DNA of 64,000 nt from Lingula anatina (lineage: Eukaryota > Animalia > Brachiopoda): the NCBI GenBank assembly GCA_051362555.1, contig CM120640.1, forward strand, positions 57,390,788 through 57,454,787, in the 5' to 3' direction. The notes below the pieces were generated by a model. That model worked only from the letters and a program-made list of their open reading frames with translations. It did not search any database and was not told the DNA's origin. Numbering within the stretch: the stretch's first letter is position 1; every line of letters starts with the position of its first letter. Both the position numbers and the translations under genes were made by a program. This document shows positions 1 to 10,196 of this stretch, in pieces.

Positions 1-179
1 ACAGAAAGTCCGTCCTCATTTTAGTTATAAATTATAATGGTTAGGGTTAGCTTTACCTAAGTGGGTCAAAATCTAGGGAGAGGCTTACCTGTACAAATGA
101 ATGGGAAACGAATACTCAAACATGGAAGACTCTGTCACGCTACACCGTAATTAGCATTACGTACGATAAGAAAGTCAAC

Positions 180-180
<1 letters not shown>

Positions 181-224
<44 letters not shown>
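181..224. repeat. Poly(A) run, 44 nt
   Basis: Direct read. Confidence 0.9.
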
Positions 225-227
<3 letters not shown>

Positions 228-832
228 CCCCAGCTCTCCACACGGGGTTGGGAAAGGGAGCAAATCACCGTAGCGTACTAACATGTTAGCACCAGTCTAA
301 TTAATGCGAAACAGAAAACGGAAACATTTTGGATCGATTCAGAAAGAGAAAGTACACTGATATAAATCATATGCATCACCCCACCGTATACCGCTTAACG
401 ATGTTTGACAGTGTGTATGGCACTTTCTTTCTCACAAAATATCTGATTACCTGTAGCAAGGACAAGGCCATCGATTAACATTTGGATCCAACTGCCCATT
501 TTCCTTTTTCGGAGACAGTAAAGAAAACACATCAGAAACTTCCTACTCGCTAGTGAGCATCCTGTACGAACTAACGACACCTGCGCATGTGCGAATGGAG
601 CATACCGCCAGGGCCTCCTTTTACAAGACAAGCTGAATTTCGTACAGCATGACAGATGTTGACACACAAGATTTTACTTGTGAGAAAGAAGGGGGTGGAG
701 GAAATTTTGGTTTGCTTGCCTGCCAGCGAGTCCTTTATGGTGTTTGTTTAAATTTTGGCAAATAACATGTTTCTAACATTATAATATTACAGAGAATAAT
801 AAAACAAGCTTCTACAATTAATTTTTTCTCAT

Positions 833-1930
833 TATTACCTCCGCCAAGGAGGTTATGTTTTTACCCCTGTTTGTTTGTTTGTCTGTCTGTCATCATAACT
901 CAACATAACTGAAAAGTTATAGACCAATTTTGATGAAATTTTCAGGAACTGTCAGAAGTGGGCCAAGGAACAGATGGTTAGTTTTTGGTGGTGATCCGGA
1001 TCAATAATCAATCAATAATCAATAATAATCAAAAACTAGACTGCAACTGGCTTAAGCCAGTGGCCAAGGATTCCCCTGCAAAAAAGGGGTGTGGAAAGGC
1101 TCTTACAAGGGCATGTGAAGGTCATGGGTAAAATTTGACCCCATTTTCTGAAAGAGCATGTGCGAATGGGGGGGGGGGGGGGGGGGGGAGGGGGGCGGGT
1201 CAACAAAACATACTTTTAGCCCACTTCAATATTTCTCCATGAAATAGCCTAATGACCTTGAAAATGAGGGTCAAGGTCAAATTTGACATTTGATTTAGAG
1301 GTTTTGGGTATATGTTTGGGGTAGTTTACTGCCATGACCAAAAACCAGTGTTTCATGGAGAAATTGCCAAACACAAGATTTCTGCAATGTCATAAATATT
1401 TAAAAATCTATATTAAAAAAAGTAATTAGGCAGTCGCTACCAAAGTATGGCTAACCTAAGATAAATATATAGGGCATCATTTGCCACTATGATCGGGGCT
1501 CTGGGCCTTCCGGTTTTTGAGATCTCGGAAACAAACCTTTTTTGAGCCCGTTTGGCAATTAGCGACCTTGACCTTGACCTACTTGCATAAATGTAGGTCA
1601 TTATCTGTGGATTTGGCTCAGTATTATTGGCCATAAGCCCCTTAGCCATATGGCTTATACTTTAGGCCTAATGGCAATTTCAAATTTTACAAATTTTGCC
1701 TTTAAAAGCTCCTGTGACCTTGAAAAGTAGGTCAAGTTCACTGAAACTGGGTCTATGGCATATTCTTACCATAGGCTACCTATGTAAATTATTTCAGATT
1801 TTTTGCGAAAAAAAACGCGCAGAAAGAATAACTATAATAATAATACTACCAAAAACAATAGTATTCCCCTATGGGGAATCCTAATTACTGCCTTGGTGAT
1901 GGTCTGCGCTCTCGGGGTGTTTTTCTAGTT
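833..1930 (+). mobile_element. Helentron-associated non-autonomous element (HINE/DINE-1-like), interrupted by a second one
   Basis: 5' ttacctccgccaagg followed by a (gttt/gtct)n microsatellite; degenerate inverted copy ccttggtgatggt near 1890; 3' stem-loop and ttctagtt terminus at 1930. Confidence 0.7.
1034..1884 (-). mobile_element. HINE-like element nested in the 833-1930 element
   Basis: Subterminal inverted repeat aggattcccc (about 1067) / ggggaatcct (about 1873), perfect hairpin actggcttaagccagt, and a CTAGTT 3' end on the minus strand. Confidence 0.7.
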
Positions 1931-2076
1931 TACAAATAGTTTTTTAAAGATGCATATCAAGCTAGTAGAAACTGTCTGGTAAACATTGTAAATTTACTAG
2001 TATAACAAATAAAAATATCACAGGGTTTCGATTATTATTTCCCTTCATTTCATTTTTGGTTTCATTATGAACCAGA

Positions 2077-2320
2077 GGGACCATTCCCACAGATATTTGG
2101 ATTGATCTACCTCCCTGGGGAGTCTCACTTAATTGCTATCAACTTAACCGGCTTAAATGTCTGTCACACCTAGTAAAACTGTTAGGGGGTAATTATCTTT
2201 ACATCCTAGCTAATTCGGTAGGCTTGACAGACATTTAAGCCGGTTAAGTTGATAGCAAATTAGTGAGACTCCCCAGGGAGTTAGACCGATCAAGATGGAT
2301 CAATCTAGGCATGGGAACCC
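2077..2320. mobile_element. Palindromic MITE, family also seen at about 7757-7860, 10699-10923 and 20586-20770
   Basis: Internal inverted arms ctccctggggagtctcact...acttaaccggcttaaatgtctgtca and their complement; clear similarity to three other copies in the window. Confidence 0.7.
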
Positions 2321-2699
2321 AGTCATAGAGGGGAAGAGAAGCAGGTCAAGTTTATGACAAGAAATATGAAGGTGCAGATTTAAAGCCTTTTATTGACTGA
2401 CTGAGTGATAACTGTAAGCTTTTTTTTTTTTTTTTTTTTTTTTTTTATTTTACTCAAATTATAAGAGAAACTGGAAGTAGTAGTTTGTATGTATTACAGG
2501 GAATGAACACAGCTGTACTCTTGCTTGTTATGTATTTTAAGACATTACTATATCATTCCTGTCAGAAATAAGTGATTCATAAAGAAGTATTGTGATATTA
2601 AAATTGTACTGCAGTCCTGGAATTTTTGTGCTGGAACCTTTCCATTTGAGTATACGACATAGTGATGTGTAAAATATATAAAAGTTTTTTTTCCTTCTG

Positions 2700-5600
2700 T
2701 CAAGTAAATCCAGTCAGTGCATCAACCAGTTTATTACACATCATTTTGATTTGCATGTTGTCCATAAATTCAGCACTGGAAATTGCATTGCTAATAGCTA
2801 TTGTCTCACGCACTGAGCGTCCTTTCACCCAAACCCGACCATTCATTCCTATGGCAACTTCAAATGGTAGGTGATGTCCCAGTGTTTTTAGGAGATTGCA
2901 GTCTGATGACAACAACCTGAAATATTGAAGTAAGAGAATAATATATCACAGTGGCGGATTTAGGGAGGGGTCAGGGGGTCAGGGAGGGTCCTAACCCCAC
3001 TTCAATATCTGAAAAAAATCACAACAATGGTTCCCTTTAGAAATTAGAATTTTGACTAGCTGAATCACAGTTCTAAACCATACAAATGGAACTGTTTGCC
3101 CTCAAATTAGGTAAATTTTCGAGGTCCTCCACCAGTGCCTGCACCCCATGCTGAGGAGGGGGGGGGGGGAGGGTCAGCTTAGCAAGCCTGGACCCCCTTC
3201 AAACTAGAGGATCAGAGAGGCGATACCACCTCCGGATATTGTACCACCAGCTGGAGTAAGCACATTCGTATGGAAAACCAAAAACAAAGGGACAGCACCA
3301 CCAGTCTTGTGCTTGACAAGCTCTATAAAATGAAAGAGTTCTCAAAATATGAAAAAAACTTAACTATTAATGGCCCAATCAAGCAGATTTTGGAATTGAC
3401 CTGTATTTTCCTAACATTGATCACTCCTGTGATTCTCTAGACAATAGACCTATTGGTTTTCCTTGAAATGTGTTATCAGTGTTGCATCCATAGTATGCTG
3501 ACAAAAGAAAAAAAAACCTGGGGGCAACACTGGGCAGATCTCTGCTGGTTTTGAAGATATGCAGAGATCTGCCCAGTGTTGCCCCCAGGTTTTTTTTTCT
3601 TTTGTCAGCATACTATGGATGCAACACTGATAACACATTTCAAGGAAAACCAATAGGTCTATTAAGCAAGAAAATATGCAAAGTTCAGTTCTTGGTGAAA
3701 AAGTAGGTCAAAGGTCAATTTCAAGGTCACAGTATATGACTTCCTATTCAAGTTCAATAGTAACCATGGGCATTTTTTTGCCAATTTTGGAGATATAAAG
3801 GTTCAGTTCATCATAAAAAGTAGGTCAAAGGTCAATTTCAAGGTCACAGTTGGATTACCAGTATATGACTTCCTATTCAAGTTCAACAGTGACCTTGGGC
3901 ATATCTCCAGTTTTCGAGATATAAGGGGTAAAAAATTTGCAAAGTTCAGTTCATGGTGAAAATTAGGTCAAAGGTCAATTTCAAGGACACAGTTAGATTG
4001 CCTGTATATGACTTCCTATTCAAGTTCAATAGTAACTATGGGCGTATCTCTGCTAGTTTTGGAGTAATTCACATTTTATTTTCACCACTGAATATTGCGT
4101 TGTACTTTTTTATATAGCGCAATGCCTAAACTGTGTCGAAAATAAAAAATTGCCCTTGACAATTTCTACAAAAAAAAAAAAAAAAAAAGGTCTCTGGCAT
4201 TTACGTTACCAGAATTAGAGAGAGTTTTCAGTTTCGGTATCTAATGGCTGCTTCTCCCATGAAAATGCACCGATTGAACCCAATCTTCCAAAGATGGAGA
4301 CCCTGATTGTAACCCCTCACCATAATATGAGAGCTTAGGTCTGTGTAGTTTCTGAAAATTGGTACAAACAAATATTTTTTTGCAGAAAATTCCCATTTTT
4401 AAAAAATTTTGGCCCGTTTGACCTTGAAATAAAGGTCGAAAGTCAAATCTCAGGGCACATTTGGAATCTCCACATATGACTTTCGGTCAGACATCTATAG
4501 TAATTTTTCCCATAATTCCTTCAGTTTGGGAGATATTTAGCATTGAATTTTCAAAAATTTTGACAAGGGTGCGTTTCAAAGAGCGCCACGCCCAGGCCAA
4601 TGCACAGACTGAGACAAAAATACCAGGGGGTTCAAGTTGAGATTATATGTGACCTAAATCCAAGAGATGGGGACATGGGTCCTTGCGGTCTAGGAGGAGA
4701 AGCGGTAATGGTGACTTGTATCCCACGACACCCTGCGGAGCCAACGGAGCCGGGGGAGCTGTACGAGACGGGTCAGGACTAAAACCATGAGTACCGCCAG
4801 CATACGCTGGTGGTACTAATAATCTTGAATCATTAAGAACACGCGGCTATTTCTACAATTCTGGACTTCTGTTTTATGGTCTGAAGGAGCTTGATACATT
4901 TTTCGTTCAATGGCTAAGAAATGGACCAAAATGCCATCAAAATCTTATAAAATCCCAGTTATAAACTGCTCGGATGTGAATGATTTTAAACACAGAAGTT
5001 AGTGAAGTTCTCAGTTTCCAGTCAAAAAATGTTGACTTTGATTGTTGCGCATTAGCTATCATAGTCTGTGTACCTGATCTGTCTGAGTTCATACTTTTTA
5101 TTCCATCATTTGACTGAGAGCTTTCTTTTAAACATTTGTGACGATGAACAACAGTCCCTTTGTTGTCGACATCGACAAATATATCACGTTATCACACCTA
5201 CTGCAATGTCGCTGTAATAGGGTCATGAATATTTGAGTACTTTTTGCCAACGCTTACTATAAAAGCGAGCGCACACCACTTCTGGGTGCGGTCAGGTTTT
5301 TTCTCTTCGAAATGTAATAAGGTAAGACACGTAGAACACTTTGGATATGTACATATTTAGTTGTTCATTTATTTGATATAAAAGATTTGTAAACCGTCGT
5401 CACCTATTAGTTATTCATTAAGTCAGGTGATATTAGTATAAAGTCATCTTTTTTATATCAATATATATATATTTAGTCGACATGTACGTTATCCTCCTAG
5501 ACAATTGCTTTCCTGGCCGCCACGTTACTGTGTACTCAATCTTTAAGTTGCCAAATGTTGTGTAAGTACTTTAGCTACAGCATATATTTAATTTCATAGT

Positions 5601-8600
5601 TTTAGTCATATTGTCGATATTTGCGTGTTCATATCTCTCTCTCTCTCTCCGTTCTTTATATTTGCATTTGTGTGTACACTTAATGTAATATATTTATTTA
5701 TTTATTATTATTATTATTTATCTATTTTACTTATTTTTTGTTTAGTTTCACCACATCAGAAAACACCTCAGAACTCACTTCAGAACTCACCTCAGAATTC
5801 ACCTTAGAATCTACTATAAATAGCTACAAAATGTGCGTGAACAATAAAGGTGAAATTAAAAGATTTCTTTTTGAGTTATTGACTGGTACGCAGTAACACC
5901 CTTAAACATCTTTTCTATAACATGAACAATCTGAAAGACTGGACCAGTGATTTTGTAGCTGTTTGACACAACTGTTGAACATCTGCTGAAGTCTGTGTAA
6001 ATAATTGTTAACTTCCTGTGACAAGTGTTAAAGGCTCAACACTCCCACTATGTTCCTGTAACAGGTAAGGAACATCTAACACAATCACCATGTTTCTGTG
6101 GCAAGCAATAGCCTCAAAACACACTTCTGTAATGCCCCTATTTCACACAGACCACGAATCCCACGAATGGCCATGAATTGACAAATTTCAGGATTCGTGG
6201 TTGAATCGTAATCAGTTCGTGAAGTTCTTAACAGATTCGTATATATTCATAGTCAGTTCTTGCACTTCTTGACCAACAGGAATTAGTGGCAAAAACTTTG
6301 ATGCCCCTATTTCACACAGACCATGAATCCCACGAATCGCCAGGAATTGAAAATTTCAGGATTCGTGGTTGAATCATAATCAGATCGTGAAGTTCTTAAC
6401 AGATTTGTATATAATCGTAGTCAGTTCTTGCAATTCTCGATCAATCGGGAATTCATGGCAAAAATTTTGAGCTGTTCAAAATTTTGGCCATGAACTCCCG
6501 ATTCCAAAAAATCGGAGTGAATTTCTGGACAATATTTGTGCGATTCCAGCCGAATCCCACAAATATTCATATCACTATCGCACTTGTATCATAACTGAAT
6601 TGTAGAGCGTGTCGAATTAGACCAGAAAATTGGCAAAATCTCACGAATCCTCACGAATCCTGAAATTTGTCAATTCCTTGAGATTCGTGGTCTGTGTGAA
6701 ATAGGGGCATAATGAACTGACTTCTATAATCACCGTCTCCATGTAACAGGTAATGAACACCTAGGAGCACATTATAGGTTCCTGGGAGTAATGCAGTATT
6801 GAAGATTTCTATCCTCCCCTCCCTCCAAAAAGAAACCACATACAATTGGAAACAATTAGTTTTTAAAATCACATTTAAATGCTCTTTGTAATCTTGAAAA
6901 TAGTATAGTATTAACTGATTACTAAAAAGAATTATAAATCATTTGAAACAAATGCTACTAGTACATAGGACTATAAGACTAAAAACCAAAGTATCCATTT
7001 CATTTTTTATAAAATTTTAGTAGAACAATTGACCTTAAAGATACCCATTCTTTAAAAAATAGCATTTTGTCACCTGTATAATACTCACTTCCTAATTAAG
7101 TTGAGGGGGACTGTGAACATGAAACCACCATCTCTGATCACTCCCATGCCATTACTCCTGCCATTACTGCTAATACACACCAGTTCTGGCTCCATGTCCT
7201 TGTTGGCCACCAGCAACCTGCCAAACACCAAGTCACCTATCTGAAAATCAATGCCCATTACCTTTATATGATTTCAAACAGAGAAACCCTTCCCCTAACT
7301 GTCACAACCTATACAGTTTGCCTACCCCACCTTAACTCAATAAGCAAGCACAAAGTGCATGTTCCTTTTAGAAAACATACTGTTAACAAGAAAGTCAAAC
7401 ATTCCTCAATATTTTTTCAAGTTTTGGATAATAATTACTAAACATACCTTAAAGCTTAATGTAGATATCAATTATTTTAAATTACCTACTTTCACGTCTG
7501 GTCTGTTTCTTTTTGTGGCACCTTCAAATGATAGGTATGACAACGATGCTTGTTCACTTCCTCCAATGTCCACTCTGAATACATCACCTGCTTTCATAGT
7601 TACAATACCAATGACATTTTCTCCCTTGGTTGGAATGTACTAAAATAGTAACAAGAAAAACAATTAGTAAGGACTGGAAGGGCTGTGTATACACATTCAT
7701 TTATATTATAAAAACAAATTCACAAAAAATTTTAAAACAGATTACAGGGAATCAGGGTAAGACACGTTTCCATACCCAGATTGATCAAGCAGGATCGACA
7801 CATCACTGAGGGGTTTCTCACTAAATTGCCTTCAGCTTAAGTGACTTAGATGTCTATCATGTGTATCAAGCCCTTAGCACTATTAGAAAAAAACTTGGGA
7901 CCCTAATAAAAATTGAGAGACGGTGTAGCTGAATTGCACAATACACCGCAATACACTTGAAAAAACAAGTTCAGTTGCAAGTAAATATAGGAAAAGGTAT
8001 AAATAGGGTGATATTAAAGCAAAATATATTACCTAGTACTTAATATCGCTGATACAACTTAACAAATCGGCAAGATCTTGTCATCGTCTGGTCTCGCCAT
8101 GTTGGCGAGTGGCTCCTCTTGGAGAGCCACTCGCCAACAAGGCTGCCGATACGAAGATGTAAAAGTCTTGCCATTTGTTGAGTTATATCAACAGGCCCAT
8201 AGCCAGGGGGGTTCGGGGGTTCAAAAGAACTGCCCTTTTTGCTGGGAAAAGGTCTGTTCTGAGTAAAATTTGATCTTTTATAGCAAAAGGTCCACATTTT
8301 CAGAAAAAGACCCCCCCCCCCTTTGGAACTGCTGGCTACGTGCCTGATCAACTATATGTAGTGCCAAGGGCAGGTAGAACCGGCCGGGTAGCTCAGTAGG
8401 TAAGAGCACTCACCCTGTAAGCGAGGGGTCCCGGGTTCGATTCCTGGTCTGGTCGGTGATTTTTCTGCACTCACCCCAAAACGCTACAATGGTGGCAGCG
8501 GTGTTGCGAGATAGGGCTCGCGTCTTTCGGCATTTGGGGGGGAGGAGTGTAGTGCCAGGGGCAGGTAGAACCGGCCAGGTAGCTCAGTAGGTAAGAGCAC

Positions 8601-9081
8601 TCGCCCTGTAAGCTAGGGGTCCCGGGTTCGATTCCTGGTCTGGTGGGTGTTTTTTCTGCACTCACCCCAAATCGCTACATATATTAAATTTAATTAAAAT
8701 TACTTAGTATAGTAATATAATAATTGGCTTTTATATCACCCTACATTGTTGGGAATGACCGTTTCTTTTGTGTAATTTGCAACTGCATGGATGTCTGGCA
8801 TGCCTACTGAAGCAGTTTTGTTTTTCATGTGTATTGGGCTGTGTTGCGGTGTATTCCGCAATTCAGCTACACCCAGTGGTTTTAACGCTCACCCGCTTTT
8901 GACGACTGTCAACCCAATATATATTGGGCTCTTTGTGTTTTAAGATCCCAGCTTTAGATACTGTAACCTGATCAGAATCTCTTCGAAGCCCTGGTCCTGT
9001 CACAAACCTGGTAGAATCTTCTGTATTTATCATAAGTCTCACTTGGTCACCAGGTAAAACCACGCTCCCGACTTCGGCCAT
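2700..9081 (-). CDS. EXOSC3: Exosome complex component RRP40 (EXOSC3), 4 coding exons, 235 aa
   Basis: Exons 9081-8893, 7639-7490, 7240-7089 and 2916-2700 are all GT-AG and phase-consistent (708 nt). Translation [12 protein letters not shown]...GPGLRR...[22 protein letters not shown]...[40 protein letters not shown].../...[14 protein letters not shown] carries the RRP40 S1 and KH signature motifs. Confidence 0.96.
3202..4819 (-). mobile_element. HINE family A, copy 1 (EXOSC3 intron 3)
   Basis: aactagaggatcagagaggcgatacc.cctc 3' end with hairpin, subTIR gtaccaccagc, 5' hairpin gtaccgccagcatacgctggtggtac, and about 3 internal 146-bp-type repeats. Homologous to 25975-28307 and 42602-46996. Confidence 0.8.
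3443..3663. repeat. Perfect inverted repeat, 103-bp arms with a 15-nt loop
   Basis: 3443-3545 reads as the reverse complement of 3561-3663, including the 9-nt A/T run. Confidence 0.92.
6133..6709. mobile_element. PIF/Harbinger-like MITE with a duplicated left end
   Basis: TIR tgcccctatttcacacagaccacgaatc / gattcgtggtctgtgtgaaataggggca; TAA TSD at 6130-6132 and 6710-6712; the left 170 bp is repeated starting at about 6302. Confidence 0.85.
8192..8346. mobile_element. 155-bp GC-ended MITE with a 5-bp TSD
   Basis: TIR caggcccatagccag / ctggctacgtgcctg, flanked by ATCAA at 8187-8191 and 8347-8351. Confidence 0.8.
8382..8455 (+). tRNA. tRNA-Thr(TGT)-like sequence in the 5' LTR (probably a pseudo-tRNA acting as a Pol III promoter)
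   Basis: GGCCGGG TA GCTC AGTAGGTAA GAGC A CTCAC CCTGTAA GCGAG GGGTC CCGGG TTCGATT CCTGG TCTGGTC G forms a cloverleaf with A and B boxes. It has C at position 33, several G-U pairs and one stem mismatch. Confidence 0.55.
8573..8646 (+). tRNA. tRNA-Thr(TGT)-like sequence in the 3' LTR (probably a pseudo-tRNA)
   Basis: Second copy with A box TAGCTCAGTAGG, B box GGTTCGATTCC, a TGT anticodon loop and a downstream T6 run. Confidence 0.5.
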
Positions 9082-10196
9082 GTTGCGGAAATACCGACTA
9101 CTTTGTAATAGGCTTGTCTTGTGCAAATCGAAACAATGCTCAGCAGCGGGAACACCTGGTGACGCGAAAGATAATGAAAGCAGAATTAAAATGAAATATT
9201 TATTTATTTCTACCTTATTTAGTACGGGATGAAGTTAGGGTTGGTAGTGTCAGACTTGAATGATAGGTTTACATATCACCTACCCCCTGGGAAGCTTTTA
9301 TTGTTACTGTAAAGGTACAGGTAAACACATAATTGTGTAATATTTGAGGCGCTCTAAACTTTAGGTTAAAACAGCTTCAACACACTTCGTAGCTAGGGCC
9401 CTGCGTACACCTTTGCTTTAAAAATCTCCATACAAACATATACAAGGGACTCCGAACAAGCTCGAAAATATACCTGAAACACTCTTCAAGACACAAACCG
9501 TACCGTATGTGCTACTACATGTAGTACATATTGATCAGCACGTAAAGCTGCATGTCAAGAATTGCAAATGCATGATTTTCTTTTTCTGCAAAACTGACCA
9601 GGATAAATAAGTTTCTGTATATGTTAACCAACTGTTAACTTACAAATTTTGGTACCAGTACATGTGTAGGCCCAAAGCAGCGTTGAAGCGGAGATGGGAG
9701 TACTGTAGGGATTATCATGCAGTAAGCGATCCACGAACGGAAAACAATTCCCTGTCGGATTTTTTTCTATAAAATTGTTGACCACCGCCCCTTCCCCGCC
9801 CCGGAATATAATTCCATACACACATGCAATCACACACACTTAGGGAGAGAGGGAGACAGACCTTATTCAATGTATCATTCCAAGCGACGCGTGCATGCTT
9901 GCAAGTACATGTGTCTGATGGTTAAATAGCTAGTAAGGAAATCTGAAATCCAATTAGTATTTATTTTATAGAATGAAACTAGTCGCCTGCGACATCAATA
10001 ATTATGTGAAAACACCACTTTGTGAGACAACATATATAAATAATTTTCAATAATTTGTCATTAACTTTGAGTATAAGTGGAATTTGAAATCGAAACTAAC
10101 TAGGAATTCCTAAGCTGTTCTTATAACTTTCGCGCAGTTGCCGAAGTTGCGGATCTCCTTACGGAGCCTCGAGCCGCTACACATGCAGACGAAAAC
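9082..10196. promoter_or_regulatory. Divergent promoter region shared by EXOSC3 and the LGR
   Basis: The two start codons are about 1.1 kb apart, head to head. The region is CpG-richer than its flanks and has GC-box-like CCGCCC motifs near 9785-9803. Confidence 0.55.

Larger units (their letters stand above)
8357..8679 (+). mobile_element. TRIM (mini LTR retrotransposon) with a tRNA-like sequence in each LTR, Helenus/TRIMp3 type
   Basis: Two 132-bp LTRs with TGTAG...CTACA ends (8357-8488, 8548-8679); PBS TGGTGGCAGCGGTG at 8490; polypurine tract gggggggaggag directly before the 3' LTR; 4-bp TSD TATA at 8353-8356 and 8680-8683. Confidence 0.92.
7921..8874. mobile_element. Mutator-like foldback MITE (same family as 54786-55258) hosting two nested insertions
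   Basis: Termini cggtgtagctgaattgc / gcaattcagctacaccc and a central inverted core tggcgagtggctc...gagccactcgccaaca, homologous to 54786-55258. No TSD is visible at this copy. Confidence 0.75.

Noticed and set aside
3450-3653. 67-aa ORF across the palindrome
   Set aside because: A product of the inverted repeat inside a transposon; no coding evidence.
5752-5852. 12-bp repeat (cagaactcacct) followed by AATAAA as a LINE 3' end
   Set aside because: Only about five degenerate units, with no reverse transcriptase remnant or TSD visible.
8382-8646. Cluster of two functional tRNA-Thr genes
   Set aside because: Both are embedded in LTRs with PBS, PPT and TSD and show C33 and stem mismatches; better explained as a TRIM.
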